Part shown: piece by piece, positions 26,945 through 37,065 of the stretch
How the letters are laid out: the number at the start of each line of letters is the position of its first letter
Numbering within the stretch: position 1 is the first letter of the stretch
NCBI GenBank assembly: GCA_001794755.1
Contig: MGKT01000008.1
Location: 11,491-75,490 of the forward strand
Reading direction: 5' to 3'
Source: Candidatus Yanofskybacteria bacterium RIFCSPLOWO2_02_FULL_44_18
Lineage (GTDB): Bacteria > Patescibacteriota > Minisyncoccia > 2-02-FULL-40-12 > GWA2-44-9
Length of the DNA: 64,000 nt
Translations under genes and position numbers: made by a program
The notes under the pieces: model-generated
Databases searched by the model: none
The model's input: the letters and a program-made list of their open reading frames with translations, nothing else
What the model was told of the DNA's origin: nothing

Positions 26945-27670
26945 ATGCTCGGGGAAAGACACCTTAACCTTCTTAATTTTATAATCGAAGAATTTATCGA
27001 GACCGCCAAACCAGTCGGATCGGCTTTGGCGGCGAAAAATCGTCAGTTTAAAGTCAGTCCGGCCACGATACGCAGCGACATGGGGGATCTTGAAGAGGCG
27101 GGGCTTTTGGCCCAGTTGCATACGTCCGGCGGCAGGGTGCCGACGGATTTGGCTTATCGTTATTACGTCGACAATCTTCTGGTTGACTTTCAGTATCAGC
27201 TGAGCAATAAATGCCGGAATAAAATTGACAGGGAATTGTCGAATGCCGGCGACGCCAGAGAAATTAGCCATGCCGCAGCCAAGCTCATTTCAGATATTTC
27301 CGAAAATGTTGTAATTTCGGGAATCTCTCAAGAAAAAGATTTCTTTAAAACGGGCATTTCTAATCTTTTTGATTTACCGGAGTTTCGGAGCATTGATCGA
27401 CTTTTGAATGTGACAAGTTTTTTTGATGAATTTGACGACATGTTTGCCAAAATAGAAAGACAATTCTTCTCCGAACCTGAACTTTCAATTTTTATCGGCC
27501 GTGAAAATCCGATGCCGAATCTCAGAAATGAATCCGTAATGTGCGCTACATATGAACTGCCCGGAGGATTGACCGGCAACCTGACGTTAATCGGCCCGAC
27601 CCGGATGGATTACGAGAAGAATATAGCCTTGATTCGCTACACGACAAAAAGTATCAACAAACACATATGA
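26945..27670 (+). CDS. hrcA: Heat-inducible transcription repressor (short form)
   Basis: PVGS, SPATIRSDM, HTSGGRVPTDLAYRYYV, IGPTRMDY. Confidence 0.95.
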   Translation: MLGERHLNLLNFIIEEFIETAKPVGSALAAKNRQFKVSPATIRSDMGDLEEAGLLAQLHTSGGRVPTDLAYRYYVDNLLVDFQYQLSNKCRNKIDRELSNAGDAREISHAAAKLISDISENVVISGISQEKDFFKTGISNLFDLPEFRSIDRLLNVTSFFDEFDDMFAKIERQFFSEPELSIFIGRENPMPNLRNESVMCATYELPGGLTGNLTLIGPTRMDYEKNIALIRYTTKSINKHI

Positions 27671-28104
27671 CAGAAGATATATTAAAATTAAAAAAAGAAG
27701 CCGCCGAATATTTGAATAACTGGAAAAGAGAAAGAGCCGACTTAATCAATTATAAAAAAGATGAGGCGCGAAGAGTAGAGGAGATTATTAGATTCGCGAA
27801 TGAAGGGCTGGCCTTGGAGATAATAGATATACTGGACAATCTGGAAATCGCGATGCGGAACTTGCCCGAAGAGATGAAAGAAAAACATGACGATTGGCTG
27901 GATGGCATAGAAAAAGCAGTATCAGATTTTCAGAGGGTACTGGCCAGATATGATATAAGCCGGATTCCCGTGGAGAAATTTGACCCGGCTCTCCATGAGG
28001 CGGTCCACACCGAAAGAGACGGGGATAGAGTCGAAGAAGTGCGGGCCGGGTATACGATGCAGGGCCGGGTTATCCGGCCGTCAAGGGTGAAAATTGTAAA
28101 ATAA
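27667..28104 (+). CDS. grpE: Nucleotide exchange factor GrpE
   Basis: RADLINYKK, FDPALHEAV, GYTMQGRVIRPSRV. Confidence 0.95.
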   Translation: MTEDILKLKKEAAEYLNNWKRERADLINYKKDEARRVEEIIRFANEGLALEIIDILDNLEIAMRNLPEEMKEKHDDWLDGIEKAVSDFQRVLARYDISRIPVEKFDPALHEAVHTERDGDRVEEVRAGYTMQGRVIRPSRVKIVK

Positions 28105-28201
28105 ATAAACTTATTCCAGTCGCTCTGCCATCTCGCCTCGCATGATTATTGCAGTACGCTACTAAAATCAAAAAAGTTTAAAAAATATCAAATAAACACG
28201 T

Positions 28202-28303
28202 CGCCGGATAGTCTCATCGGGCACGCATAAAAAGTCTGCTGACTTTTTTGCTCGGACTCGTCGTCAGACCACTCCTCATGGTCCCTCTGAGACTATGCCG
28301 GCG
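28202..28303 (+). repeat. Dispersed structured intergenic repeat, copy 1
   Basis: 28213-28290 matches the reverse complement of the copy in 48419-48521 with 3 A/G differences. Confidence 0.85.
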
Positions 28304-28320
28304 CCGCTTCATAAGAATAA

Positions 28321-30189
28321 ATGAGTAAAATATTAGGAATCGATTTGGGAACAACAAACAGCGCCATGGCCGTTGTTGAAATAGGCCAGCCGCGGATATT
28401 GGAAAATAAGGAAGGGATGCGGACGACGCCATCCGTAGTTGCCATGGGCAAGAATGGCGAGAGGTATACTGGGGTAACGGCGAAAAGACAGGCTGTCACC
28501 AATCCTCGAAACACCATATTCTCCGTCAAAAGATTAATTGGCCGAAGGTTTTCCGACCCAGAAATCCAAAAGGACAAGTCTCTCCTGCCGTATGAAATAA
28601 AAGAGGGCCAACACGGGGATGTGGAAGTAAAAATAGGCGATGAATGGAAAAAACCGGCCGAAATTTCGGCCATGATACTGCAGAAGCTAAAGGCCGACGC
28701 AGAAGATAAATTGGGAGAAAAAATAACCGAGGCCATAATCACGGTGCCGGCGTATTTTGACGATTCCCAAAGAAAGGCCACAAAGGATGCCGGCGAGATT
28801 GCCGGGCTGACCGTCAAGAGGGTCATAAACGAACCCACAGCGGCGGCTTTGGCCTATGGTTTGAATAAAAAGAAAGATGAAAAAATTGTCGTTTATGACT
28901 TCGGCGGCGGAACATTTGACGTTTCCATACTGGAAATCGGCGACGATACGATTGAGGTTAGAGGTACCGGCGGCGATACCCATCTGGGTGGCGATGACAT
29001 CGATCAAAGAATAATTAAATTTCTAATCGAAGAATTTAAAAAAGATCAGGGCGTTGACATATCGTCCGATCAGCTGGCCGTCCAGAGATTAAAGGACGCC
29101 GCTGAAAAGGCCAAGCACGAACTTTCCTCGACTCTCCAGACGGAAGTCAATATACCGTTTTTAACTGCCGATCAATCGGGAGCCAAACATTTTAGCTTGA
29201 CATTTACTCGAGCTAAGCTCGAGGAGTTGATAAAGGACCTGATTGACCGATCCATCGAATTGACAAAGGAAACGCTGGATAAGACGGGATTCAAGGTCGG
29301 GGATATAAACGAAGTTATATTGGTAGGCGGCCAGACTAGAATGCCTCTGATTGTTGAAGAAGTGAAAAAACTTTTCGGCAAAGAGCCGCACAAAGACGTA
29401 AATCCGGATGAAGTCGTAGCCATAGGCGCGGCTATACAGGGCGGAATAATGCAGGGGGAAATAAGAGACGTCCTGCTTCTTGATGTCACTCCGTTATCTC
29501 TGGGAATAGAAACGCTGGGGGCCGTCTTCACAAAAATGATAGAAAAGAATACTACAGTTCCGGTAGCCAAGACGCAGATTTTTTCCACGGCTGCCGATAA
29601 TCAGCCGTCGGTGGAAATTCATGTTCTGCAGGGAGAGAGGCCGATGGCCCATGATAACAAGACTCTCGGCCGATTTATTCTTGACGGCATTCCGCCGGCT
29701 CCCCGAGGCGTACCCCAGATTGAAGTTTCTTTTGACATTGACGCCAATGGAATCCTGAATGTAAAGGCCAAAGACAAGGCGACGAACAAGGAGCAGTCAA
29801 TCAGAATCGAAGGCTCTTCCGGTTTAACCGATGATGAGAAAAAGAGGATGATGGCTGATGCCGAAAAATTTGCGGCCGACGACGCCAAACGCAAAGAGGC
29901 GGCTGAATCCAAAAATATGGCTGAAACGCTTATCTACACATCGGAGAAGCTCATCAAAGACAACGGTGATAAGATAAAGGAAGAAGACAAAAAAGAACTG
30001 CAGGAAAAAATAGATGTGGTCAAAAAAGCTCTGGTTTCGAAAAACGATGATGAAATAAAAAAAGCTCTGGAAGAGCTGTCAAAATCGGCCCAAAAAATCG
30101 GCGGCGCGCTGTATCAGCAATCTCAAGCACAGGAAGAAAAACCCAAGGAAGAGCCTAAAAATAAGGAACCGAAAGAAGAAAAGAAGTAA
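28321..30189 (+). CDS. dnaK: Chaperone DnaK
   Basis: [31 protein letters not shown]. Confidence 0.99.
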   Translation: MSKILGIDLGTTNSAMAVVEIGQPRILENKEGMRTTPSVVAMGKNGERYTGVTAKRQAVTNPRNTIFSVKRLIGRRFSDPEIQKDKSLLPYEIKEGQHGDVEVKIGDEWKKPAEISAMILQKLKADAEDKLGEKITEAIITVPAYFDDSQRKATKDAGEIAGLTVKRVINEPTAAALAYGLNKKKDEKIVVYDFGGGTFDVSILEIGDDTIEVRGTGGDTHLGGDDIDQRIIKFLIEEFKKDQGVDISSDQLAVQRLKDAAEKAKHELSSTLQTEVNIPFLTADQSGAKHFSLTFTRAKLEELIKDLIDRSIELTKETLDKTGFKVGDINEVILVGGQTRMPLIVEEVKKLFGKEPHKDVNPDEVVAIGAAIQGGIMQGEIRDVLLLDVTPLSLGIETLGAVFTKMIEKNTTVPVAKTQIFSTAADNQPSVEIHVLQGERPMAHDNKTLGRFILDGIPPAPRGVPQIEVSFDIDANGILNVKAKDKATNKEQSIRIEGSSGLTDDEKKRMMADAEKFAADDAKRKEAAESKNMAETLIYTSEKLIKDNGDKIKEEDKKELQEKIDVVKKALVSKNDDEIKKALEELSKSAQKIGGALYQQSQAQEEKPKEEPKNKEPKEEKK

Positions 30190-30978
30190 ATGACACGCAA
30201 CATAAAATTAGCCGTTTGGCATGGACTCGTCGCTTTATTCGCCTGGCGGTTGTGGCTTTTCAGCGGAACGGTTTCTTTTAATTCCGTAATCGGTTTTGAT
30301 TTAAGCTTGCCGGCCGTTCTGATATTTATTCTTCTTTGTTCTTTTATTGCTACCGGTTATGTTTTATTTCAGGAAAAAAGATGGGCCTTGGCCGTGTCCG
30401 CCGCCGTCGGCCTGACATTTCTGGCCTATCTGGGCTGGACGTGGCTTAACATATTGGCCGTCATCGGCTTTTGGCTTTTTAACGTGTATGCTGTATCGAA
30501 CGCGAAGTCGAACATGCACGGCCGGATACGTCTTAACGTGAGATTGGCCCTGCTCTCATCTCTTTACCCGGTGGTTATAGGTTTTTTCCTTATGTTCTCA
30601 TTCGCCGCGTATCAAAGCGATATCTTGAACGACATTAAAAAATCTCAAAGACTGCCGTCCCAGGCCCAGGAGGCGATAAGGCAGTTCGCAAAGGAATTCG
30701 TGGGGCCAAGGATAGAGGGAACGCAAAAAGAAAAAGAAACCGCCATCAATCAAGTCTCAAACGAAACGTTCAATGAAATTAACAGATTTCTAAAACCGTT
30801 TTTCACCTCAGCTCCGCCGGTTCTTGCTTTTACTCTCTTTTTAATCCTGCTGGGTGTGTCTTGGATATTTGTCTGGCTGTCCATGCTCACCGGTCTTCTC
30901 ATTTTCTTCATTCTGAAGAAATCTAATTTTATCAGAGTCGAAAAGAAGCAAGTCGAGGCCGAAACGATTATTATTTAA
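30190..30978 (+). CDS. Hypothetical multi-pass membrane protein in the dnaK operon
   Basis: About six TM segments; abuts the dnaK stop and dnaJ start. Confidence 0.75.
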   Translation: MTRNIKLAVWHGLVALFAWRLWLFSGTVSFNSVIGFDLSLPAVLIFILLCSFIATGYVLFQEKRWALAVSAAVGLTFLAYLGWTWLNILAVIGFWLFNVYAVSNAKSNMHGRIRLNVRLALLSSLYPVVIGFFLMFSFAAYQSDILNDIKKSQRLPSQAQEAIRQFAKEFVGPRIEGTQKEKETAINQVSNETFNEINRFLKPFFTSAPPVLAFTLFLILLGVSWIFVWLSMLTGLLIFFILKKSNFIRVEKKQVEAETIII

Positions 30979-30981
30979 AAA

Positions 30982-31770
30982 ATGGCGAATCGCGACTATT
31001 ACAATATTCTCGGCGTGCCTCGCACGGCGACGCCCGAGGACATAAAAAGGGCCTATCGTAAGCTGGCCCATCAATATCATCCTGATAAACAAGGCGGGGA
31101 TGATATTAAATTTAAAGAAATAAACGAGGCATACCAGATTCTTTCTAATCCCAACAAAAGATCCAATTATGATAACTTTGGTTACGCCTACAGCGAAGGC
31201 GGATTTCAGGGCGGCGGAGGTGGCGGATATGAATATGATTTCAGCAATTTCTGGGATATGTTCGGCGGCCGCCAAAAAGGAGGTTTCGAAGATATATTTG
31301 ATTTCTTTTCCGACATGGGCGGCGGCCAGTACCGCCAGGCAACTAAAGGCGAGGATTTATATTTGGAAATAAGCATATCAAAGAAGGATTTGGGGACGAC
31401 TAAATATTATGAATACGAAATCCAGGATTATTGCCCTGAATGCGTCGGGTCAGGCATCGCTAAAGGCTACTCCGTAAAAACATGCTCTGCCTGCAATGGC
31501 TTGGGTCAGGTTCAAAAGACGACACGAGGCGGCTTCGGATTTTTTTCTCAAATATCAATTTGCCGCGCCTGCGGCGGCAAAGGAAAAGTTTCCGAAAAAG
31601 AATGTCCGCATTGCAGAGCATCGGGCCGCGTAAAAATGAAAAAAAACATTGAAATCAGAATCCCTCGGGACGTCGAAAGGGAATATACGATTATCGTGCC
31701 CAAAGGCGGCAATGCCGGCCGCGAAGGACAACCGCCCGGAGATATCGTAATCTCCCTCAAACTAAAATAA
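30982..31770 (+). CDS. dnaJ: DnaJ (J domain, G/F region, Zn fingers; C-terminally short)
   Basis: HPD motif; CPECVGSG, CSACNGLG, CRACGGKG, CPHCRASG; 262 aa. Confidence 0.88.
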   Translation: MANRDYYNILGVPRTATPEDIKRAYRKLAHQYHPDKQGGDDIKFKEINEAYQILSNPNKRSNYDNFGYAYSEGGFQGGGGGGYEYDFSNFWDMFGGRQKGGFEDIFDFFSDMGGGQYRQATKGEDLYLEISISKKDLGTTKYYEYEIQDYCPECVGSGIAKGYSVKTCSACNGLGQVQKTTRGGFGFFSQISICRACGGKGKVSEKECPHCRASGRVKMKKNIEIRIPRDVEREYTIIVPKGGNAGREGQPPGDIVISLKLK

Positions 31771-31792
31771 CACCGCTTTATGCGGTGTTATT
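31766..31792. terminator. Hairpin terminator after dnaJ
   Basis: AATAACACCGC/GCGGTGTTATT. Confidence 0.65.
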
Positions 31793-31891
31793 AGTCACAG
31801 AATGCCAACTTTTTCATTTGACTCTGGACGCATATTCGCATAAATAATAATCAGTCCTTTTACATGAGGCATAGACATATGGGAGAAGTAT

Positions 31892-34552
31892 ATGGAAACT
31901 GATGTTAACGTTACCGTTCAAGATATTCAAAGCATTGAATCAGCCTCGCCTGCATTTCGAATGTGGCTGGCTGATATGTACTCGAGGCATTTTTTGGACG
32001 ATATTATCCATATTCTTGTCCACCGCATCGGCGCCGCCGATGATAAAAAAGGCGCTCTTGAGTTCCTGTCCGATATCAGCCGCGATTCCTTGAATCCCCA
32101 CATTACAATCGGCGATTTCCATGGCGACGGATATTTCCAAACGAGACTATTCAAAGAACTGAAACAAAGAACATCCGGTCTAAACGGCGATATCAGAAAC
32201 GATAATACATTCATGGTTCACGGCATTGTCGGGCACGCGGCGATGGGCGAGCTGTCAATCGGCGCTCTTCCGCCGACGGTTCTTCAGCGGCACGCGCATC
32301 GCCAGATTGAATTCTGGCAGAATAGACATTTTCAAGAGTCATTTGAATTCGAGAGATGGTTAATTCCGCATCCGACACTGATAAGAAACGGCAAAGTAAC
32401 GAAAGAATTTGAAAAGCAACTGGCCAGCATATGGGACACGCTGAAAAGCGTGCCCGTCACGCCGATTTCACAAGCATATAACTGGCTGGCGAGGACTGAA
32501 TCGGAAAGGCGGCGCTTGCGCAGCCTGATTGCTCAGTTTTTTGGATCGGCTTACGTTTACCAGCTTGAGGAATACGACAGCGCCGGATATTTGACCGCCA
32601 TGACATTAATGAGCTGGGCCGGGGCGATTTTGGATTATCTGGATAAGGGGCACAGGCCATTAATATTGGAAACAAACGTAATCGGCCGGAATCACGGGTA
32701 TAACGCAGGCAGAATTGATGCTTTTGAAGTATCGGAACTGGATGAGAGGCCGTTACGGCCGAGCGAACTCAAAATCATGGGTGAGATTGTTTCAAAGCGA
32801 GCCAGATTTGAATCGCTGGAGAATTTCGTAAGATCTGTTTCGCGCCTGTTCAACGTCAAAAGAGTGACTCTATCTGTTTTTGATTTTAAGATGGCAATCG
32901 GAGACGGCGGTCCCAATCATGTTTTAACGGAGTCTGGAATAAAAGACGTGTCGGTAAGGCATACCCGGCAAGTTCAAAGGTATCTGTGCCATCTGTCTTT
33001 GGTCCATCAGCGAAATTCGGACACAACCCCAAACGGACAAATATCTCCGCTTCTGTGGGATTCCGGAGGCTACGGAGAGATTTGGTATGTGCTTCATTCA
33101 ACGCTGCCTAAGCGGATTCCAATTCAGCTTAATTCAGCTGAATTGGAGAATGCGTACATTAAAGAAATAGCCGCTCGATGGCAAAAGGCCCAGGGTTTAG
33201 CCGATGTCAGACAGATGTCAAACCGCATATACAATCGGCTCTTTTACTTGATTGACAGCACATTACCTCGAAAATCCTTTAAGGCAGGAACAAAATCCTC
33301 TCTGTTTCAAATCAGCGAAACCCAAACGCATATACGAAAAATTGTTGACGCGTACAGATTCAAGGGTCCTCTGGATATGTTCGAATTAATCGGCATAAAA
33401 AACGACAAGCCCGAGTATGGCTTGCATCTTGACCGTCTCCTGGAGGCAATCAGGAGGGGATTGGTTAAAACAAGAATGTTCCACCCGTTCCGTGGCGGTA
33501 AAATCGCTTGCCCCTTCCACGGCGAAGAGGGCCCGTCGCTTCACGTGTATCTTGCGGACGGCCATTATCATTGCTTCGCCTGCGAACAACGAGGGAATAT
33601 TATTCCCGGTTCTGTGCCCGACAATATGGCGGACATTGTCTCCAATTCAGCGAGCGGAGGAGACAACAAATGGGACGGCAATGTATCTCGCGAACATAGT
33701 CTGCTAATGACAAGAGTTCAGCAATTCTTGAGTTCCAGTTTCTGGAAAAGTCCGGTTCCAGCCTATCTCAAAGATCAAAGAAAAATCGATCCTGACTTGG
33801 CTTTTAGCCTCGAAATCGGATACGGATCCGATGAATTGATAATTCATCTTTTGGAATGCGGATACAATATCGCCGTTTTGGAAAGATATGGAGTAATCAG
33901 TTTTTCAACCCGCGGCAGTTCGTCGTACCGTTTGCCCCAAATGCTGAAAAGATACGGATTAAACGTCGCGGAAAGGCAGAGAACAGTGCCAGATCCTGAT
34001 AGCGGAAAAGATGCCGTGGCACATCCATACACGATGTTGCGCGGACGGCTGACCGCCCCGTTATACACCGGCCAAGAAATTACTAATTTTTACGGCCGTG
34101 ACTTGTTAAGACGATCGCATATCAAGCTGTCAACAGGCGTACCCTACGAAGGTTACCACGTCTGGGTTGCTTCATATCCCGGTGATGAAGTATTGGTTGC
34201 CGAAGGCGTAATCGAGGTCTTAACGCTGATTCATATGGGATACTCCAACAGTATCGCCATCGTCGGAGTGAATAACCCCATCGCGGATAAGCTCCTTATC
34301 GCCTCAGGCAAAAAAATCGGCCTCGGATTCAACATCGATTCCAATCTTACCGGCCAGACAAACACCGAAAAGTGGCGCCAGAGATTGAGCGTCGGAGGAA
34401 TTCCGCCGGAAAAAATACGGAACTTTACAAATGAATTCGCGATGGCCCATAAAGGGAAATTCCCAAATGACTTCAACGATTGGTGGCGGCAATATGGTAA
34501 TTGGCAAGAGTTGTTTGAAAATATATCGCGTCAAAAATCATTAGTCGCATAG
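31892..34552 (+). CDS. Fusion of PD-(D/E)XK-like nuclease, CHC2 zinc finger and DnaG-like TOPRIM domain
   Basis: GIVGH, LE..GRIDAF, VFDFK, HTRQVQRY; CPFHGEEGPS..YHCFAC; NFYGR; VAEGVIEVL; GFNID; DFNDW. Confidence 0.75.
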   Translation: METDVNVTVQDIQSIESASPAFRMWLADMYSRHFLDDIIHILVHRIGAADDKKGALEFLSDISRDSLNPHITIGDFHGDGYFQTRLFKELKQRTSGLNGDIRNDNTFMVHGIVGHAAMGELSIGALPPTVLQRHAHRQIEFWQNRHFQESFEFERWLIPHPTLIRNGKVTKEFEKQLASIWDTLKSVPVTPISQAYNWLARTESERRRLRSLIAQFFGSAYVYQLEEYDSAGYLTAMTLMSWAGAILDYLDKGHRPLILETNVIGRNHGYNAGRIDAFEVSELDERPLRPSELKIMGEIVSKRARFESLENFVRSVSRLFNVKRVTLSVFDFKMAIGDGGPNHVLTESGIKDVSVRHTRQVQRYLCHLSLVHQRNSDTTPNGQISPLLWDSGGYGEIWYVLHSTLPKRIPIQLNSAELENAYIKEIAARWQKAQGLADVRQMSNRIYNRLFYLIDSTLPRKSFKAGTKSSLFQISETQTHIRKIVDAYRFKGPLDMFELIGIKNDKPEYGLHLDRLLEAIRRGLVKTRMFHPFRGGKIACPFHGEEGPSLHVYLADGHYHCFACEQRGNIIPGSVPDNMADIVSNSASGGDNKWDGNVSREHSLLMTRVQQFLSSSFWKSPVPAYLKDQRKIDPDLAFSLEIGYGSDELIIHLLECGYNIAVLERYGVISFSTRGSSSYRLPQMLKRYGLNVAERQRTVPDPDSGKDAVAHPYTMLRGRLTAPLYTGQEITNFYGRDLLRRSHIKLSTGVPYEGYHVWVASYPGDEVLVAEGVIEVLTLIHMGYSNSIAIVGVNNPIADKLLIASGKKIGLGFNIDSNLTGQTNTEKWRQRLSVGGIPPEKIRNFTNEFAMAHKGKFPNDFNDWWRQYGNWQELFENISRQKSLVA

Positions 34553-34597
34553 CCCCAGACATGGGGCTTTTTTGTAAACAAAAAGCCCTTTCGGGCT
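34551..34597. terminator. Back-to-back terminators between convergent genes
   Basis: AGCCCCA/TGGGGCT-TTTTT on plus and AAAAAGCCC-TTTC-GGGCT serving minus. Confidence 0.7.
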
Positions 34598-35582
34598 ATG
34601 CGGATATAAAATCCATTTGAGCCGTCATCAAACTGTGAGGATGGATTTCAACGGTAAAACAATCTCTGGATTCGGATGTCACACGGGCATCGAATCCGTT
34701 GAGTCTTTCTTCAATACCCGGCAGGGGATTCGGCATGGCGTCATAATACTTTCTCTTGTGAATAGTTCGAAGAATTTTTTGAAGATCTTCACCATATCTG
34801 CCTCTATGGTATTGGCCCAAAAAATCAAGGCATTTTCTGTTAAGATTTAGAGATAATTTCTCCTTGGAAAACATCAGGAATAAATCCCACGACGTCTTGG
34901 TTTTCGTGAATTCAAACTGTGAATTTCCTTTTATACGGCTAAGACCGCGGGAAATATATTTGGCCATTCCTCTTATTTTTCCGGTATTGATTGAGCTGAT
35001 CAGTTCTCGGGCATAAATATCGGCAGTCAGATGCGTATCGTGGAAACTCATGGAAAATCTGACCCCTCGGCTGACTTCTATTTTCATAACCGGTCTTGAA
35101 AATCTCAATCGTCCCGTTCTCTTGGGGCGGCGCGGGTTTCGCATTGTGAAATATCCCGATGTTTTGCGATTGCGCATCTGATCGGAGGCCTTGTCGAGAA
35201 TTTGTTCAAAAATAATCGGCGCCACAAAAGAATATTGTTCCGGGGTTAATGAAAACCACTTCCTCCTTTTATGATTGCAAAAACCGTTTCTCCAGTTATA
35301 TGACCTTTGGTAGGGCCGTGTTCGCCACAATCCGACCTCACAAAGCACGACACGCAAAAAGGCAAGTCCCTCGGCCGACGTTCCGGGCAGTCCGACACCG
35401 GGGCCGATTACCGCAATCACATTTAATTTGGGATTAAGATTGATTTTAACCCTGACCGGAACCGTGCCGTCCAGCTGGGCCGGAACCTCGATGCATACGG
35501 CGGCGTTGTGCATTACCAATGCCACATCTTGATTTACGAATTTTGCTACAAATGGGGGAGAATAATTCCATTCTCTGGGCAT
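34596..35582 (-). CDS. Hypothetical basic protein (orphan)
   Basis: AAGGAGAGG SD before ATG 35582; Arg/Lys-rich; own terminator. Confidence 0.65.
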   Translation of the reverse strand: MPREWNYSPPFVAKFVNQDVALVMHNAAVCIEVPAQLDGTVPVRVKINLNPKLNVIAVIGPGVGLPGTSAEGLAFLRVVLCEVGLWRTRPYQRSYNWRNGFCNHKRRKWFSLTPEQYSFVAPIIFEQILDKASDQMRNRKTSGYFTMRNPRRPKRTGRLRFSRPVMKIEVSRGVRFSMSFHDTHLTADIYARELISSINTGKIRGMAKYISRGLSRIKGNSQFEFTKTKTSWDLFLMFSKEKLSLNLNRKCLDFLGQYHRGRYGEDLQKILRTIHKRKYYDAMPNPLPGIEERLNGFDARVTSESRDCFTVEIHPHSLMTAQMDFISA

Positions 35583-35636
35583 ACCTCTCCTTGTCAATGA
35601 AGCTGATATGAAATTACAGCAAATGTACAAAAAAGT

Positions 35637-36212
35637 CTATTTCCCTTTTTCAACTCTTTCCGTGTATTCCCCAGTTTCGGTGTTTATTCGTATAATATCC
35701 CCCTCCTCCACAAACAGGGGAGCGTTAATCATCGCTCCCGTCTCGATTTTAATCTGCTTGACTCCTCCTTGGGCCGTATTACCCCGAATCGCGGGCGGAG
35801 CCTCGACGACTTTAAATTCCATTTTTACAGGCAGTTCCGCGGTTATGATTTTATCTTTAAATAGAATTACATCCAGAATAATATTGGGTTTTAAGTAGCG
35901 AGCCGAGTCGCCTAATATATCATTGTTTAATTCAAATCTGGCCGACGGGTTGTTTTCTTCAGAAAACCAGAACTGATCTCGATGGGAATACAGGTATTTT
36001 ACTTTTTTTCTTTGGACGTCCGCTTCCTCAAACACATCGGATTGGGCGAAATTTCTTTCCAGAACCTTGCCGTTAATCAGGTTGCGCATCCGCGTCTGAA
36101 CCGTCGGCCGGCGCTGCTGCATTTTCAAATGATGAGTTTCCAAAACAACATAGGGCTGGCCCTCGTATATGAAAAAAATCTTCGGTTTAAGCTCGTTTAC
36201 AGATAATGACAT
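35637..36212 (-). CDS. efp: Elongation factor P
   Basis: YLYS, PPAIRGNTA, ETG, PLFVEEGD.IRINTETGEY; start moved to ATG 36212. Confidence 0.93.
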   Translation of the reverse strand: MSLSVNELKPKIFFIYEGQPYVVLETHHLKMQQRRPTVQTRMRNLINGKVLERNFAQSDVFEEADVQRKKVKYLYSHRDQFWFSEENNPSARFELNNDILGDSARYLKPNIILDVILFKDKIITAELPVKMEFKVVEAPPAIRGNTAQGGVKQIKIETGAMINAPLFVEEGDIIRINTETGEYTERVEKGK

Positions 36213-36294
36213 ATGTAAAAATATAGCAAAAGAGCCCAAAAATGGCAACGGGAAGGGATTGACAGCGCACCATCAGAAATGGTATAATATATAC

Positions 36295-37065
36295 ATGAAT
36301 AATCGCGCTATATATATTAAATCAATTGCGGGCCTTTTGGCTGTTTTGGCTATTTTCTCGGCTATGCCAGCCAATGCCGCCACATTTTCCTACGACCCTT
36401 TTGGGAAATACTCAAACGGCGACATGAACGGCTTCGTCTGCGACATTATCGGTTCAATAGGCCTAGGTTGTTTTTTCAGCTCTAGCACTCAAGCCCAGTC
36501 AACCGCAGATGCGGAACCGAATGCCACGTACACCGGCGTTATTTCTCGCAAATATACAAACACGAAAATAAGTTTGGTGAGAGTGCCGGGAAGCAATCAG
36601 GTTTATGAAATTATCAAGGGCCAGAAGCATCTAATCCCGACCGCGGAAATATTCTTTGATTACGGTTTCACCAGTGAGATGATACAAAATATTGATGCCT
36701 ATCAGCTCGCTAAGTATCCTCGGGCCGCTTTGGTTAGGGCGTATAACGACAAAGACAAAATATATTATCTGACCGAAGGCGGAATGTTGAGATTTATGCC
36801 GAATAAAAAGGTCTATGAGTCATACGGCGGCAGGGAAGAGGATATCATTGAATTGAGCCAAAAGGAATTTAATTATTACCCGAAGGTAAAGTACGTCTAT
36901 TTGGCCCAGCCGATAAATCGGGACGTCTTCCTGATTGACGGCAATACAAAAAAATACCTCACGCCCATGGCCGTGATGAGATTGGACATAACCACTGATC
37001 AGGTCACGCCCGTCAACCAATACGAATTTGATTTCTACAAAACCGGAAGCCCCATTATTTACTAA
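36295..37065 (+). CDS. Secreted protein with three short internal repeats
   Basis: Signal peptide ending ANA; repeats LVR..VYEI..GQKH / LVR..IYYL..GMLR / VYL..VFLI..NTKK; TTGACA-N18-TATAAT immediately upstream. Confidence 0.75.
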   Translation: MNNRAIYIKSIAGLLAVLAIFSAMPANAATFSYDPFGKYSNGDMNGFVCDIIGSIGLGCFFSSSTQAQSTADAEPNATYTGVISRKYTNTKISLVRVPGSNQVYEIIKGQKHLIPTAEIFFDYGFTSEMIQNIDAYQLAKYPRAALVRAYNDKDKIYYLTEGGMLRFMPNKKVYESYGGREEDIIELSQKEFNYYPKVKYVYLAQPINRDVFLIDGNTKKYLTPMAVMRLDITTDQVTPVNQYEFDFYKTGSPIIY

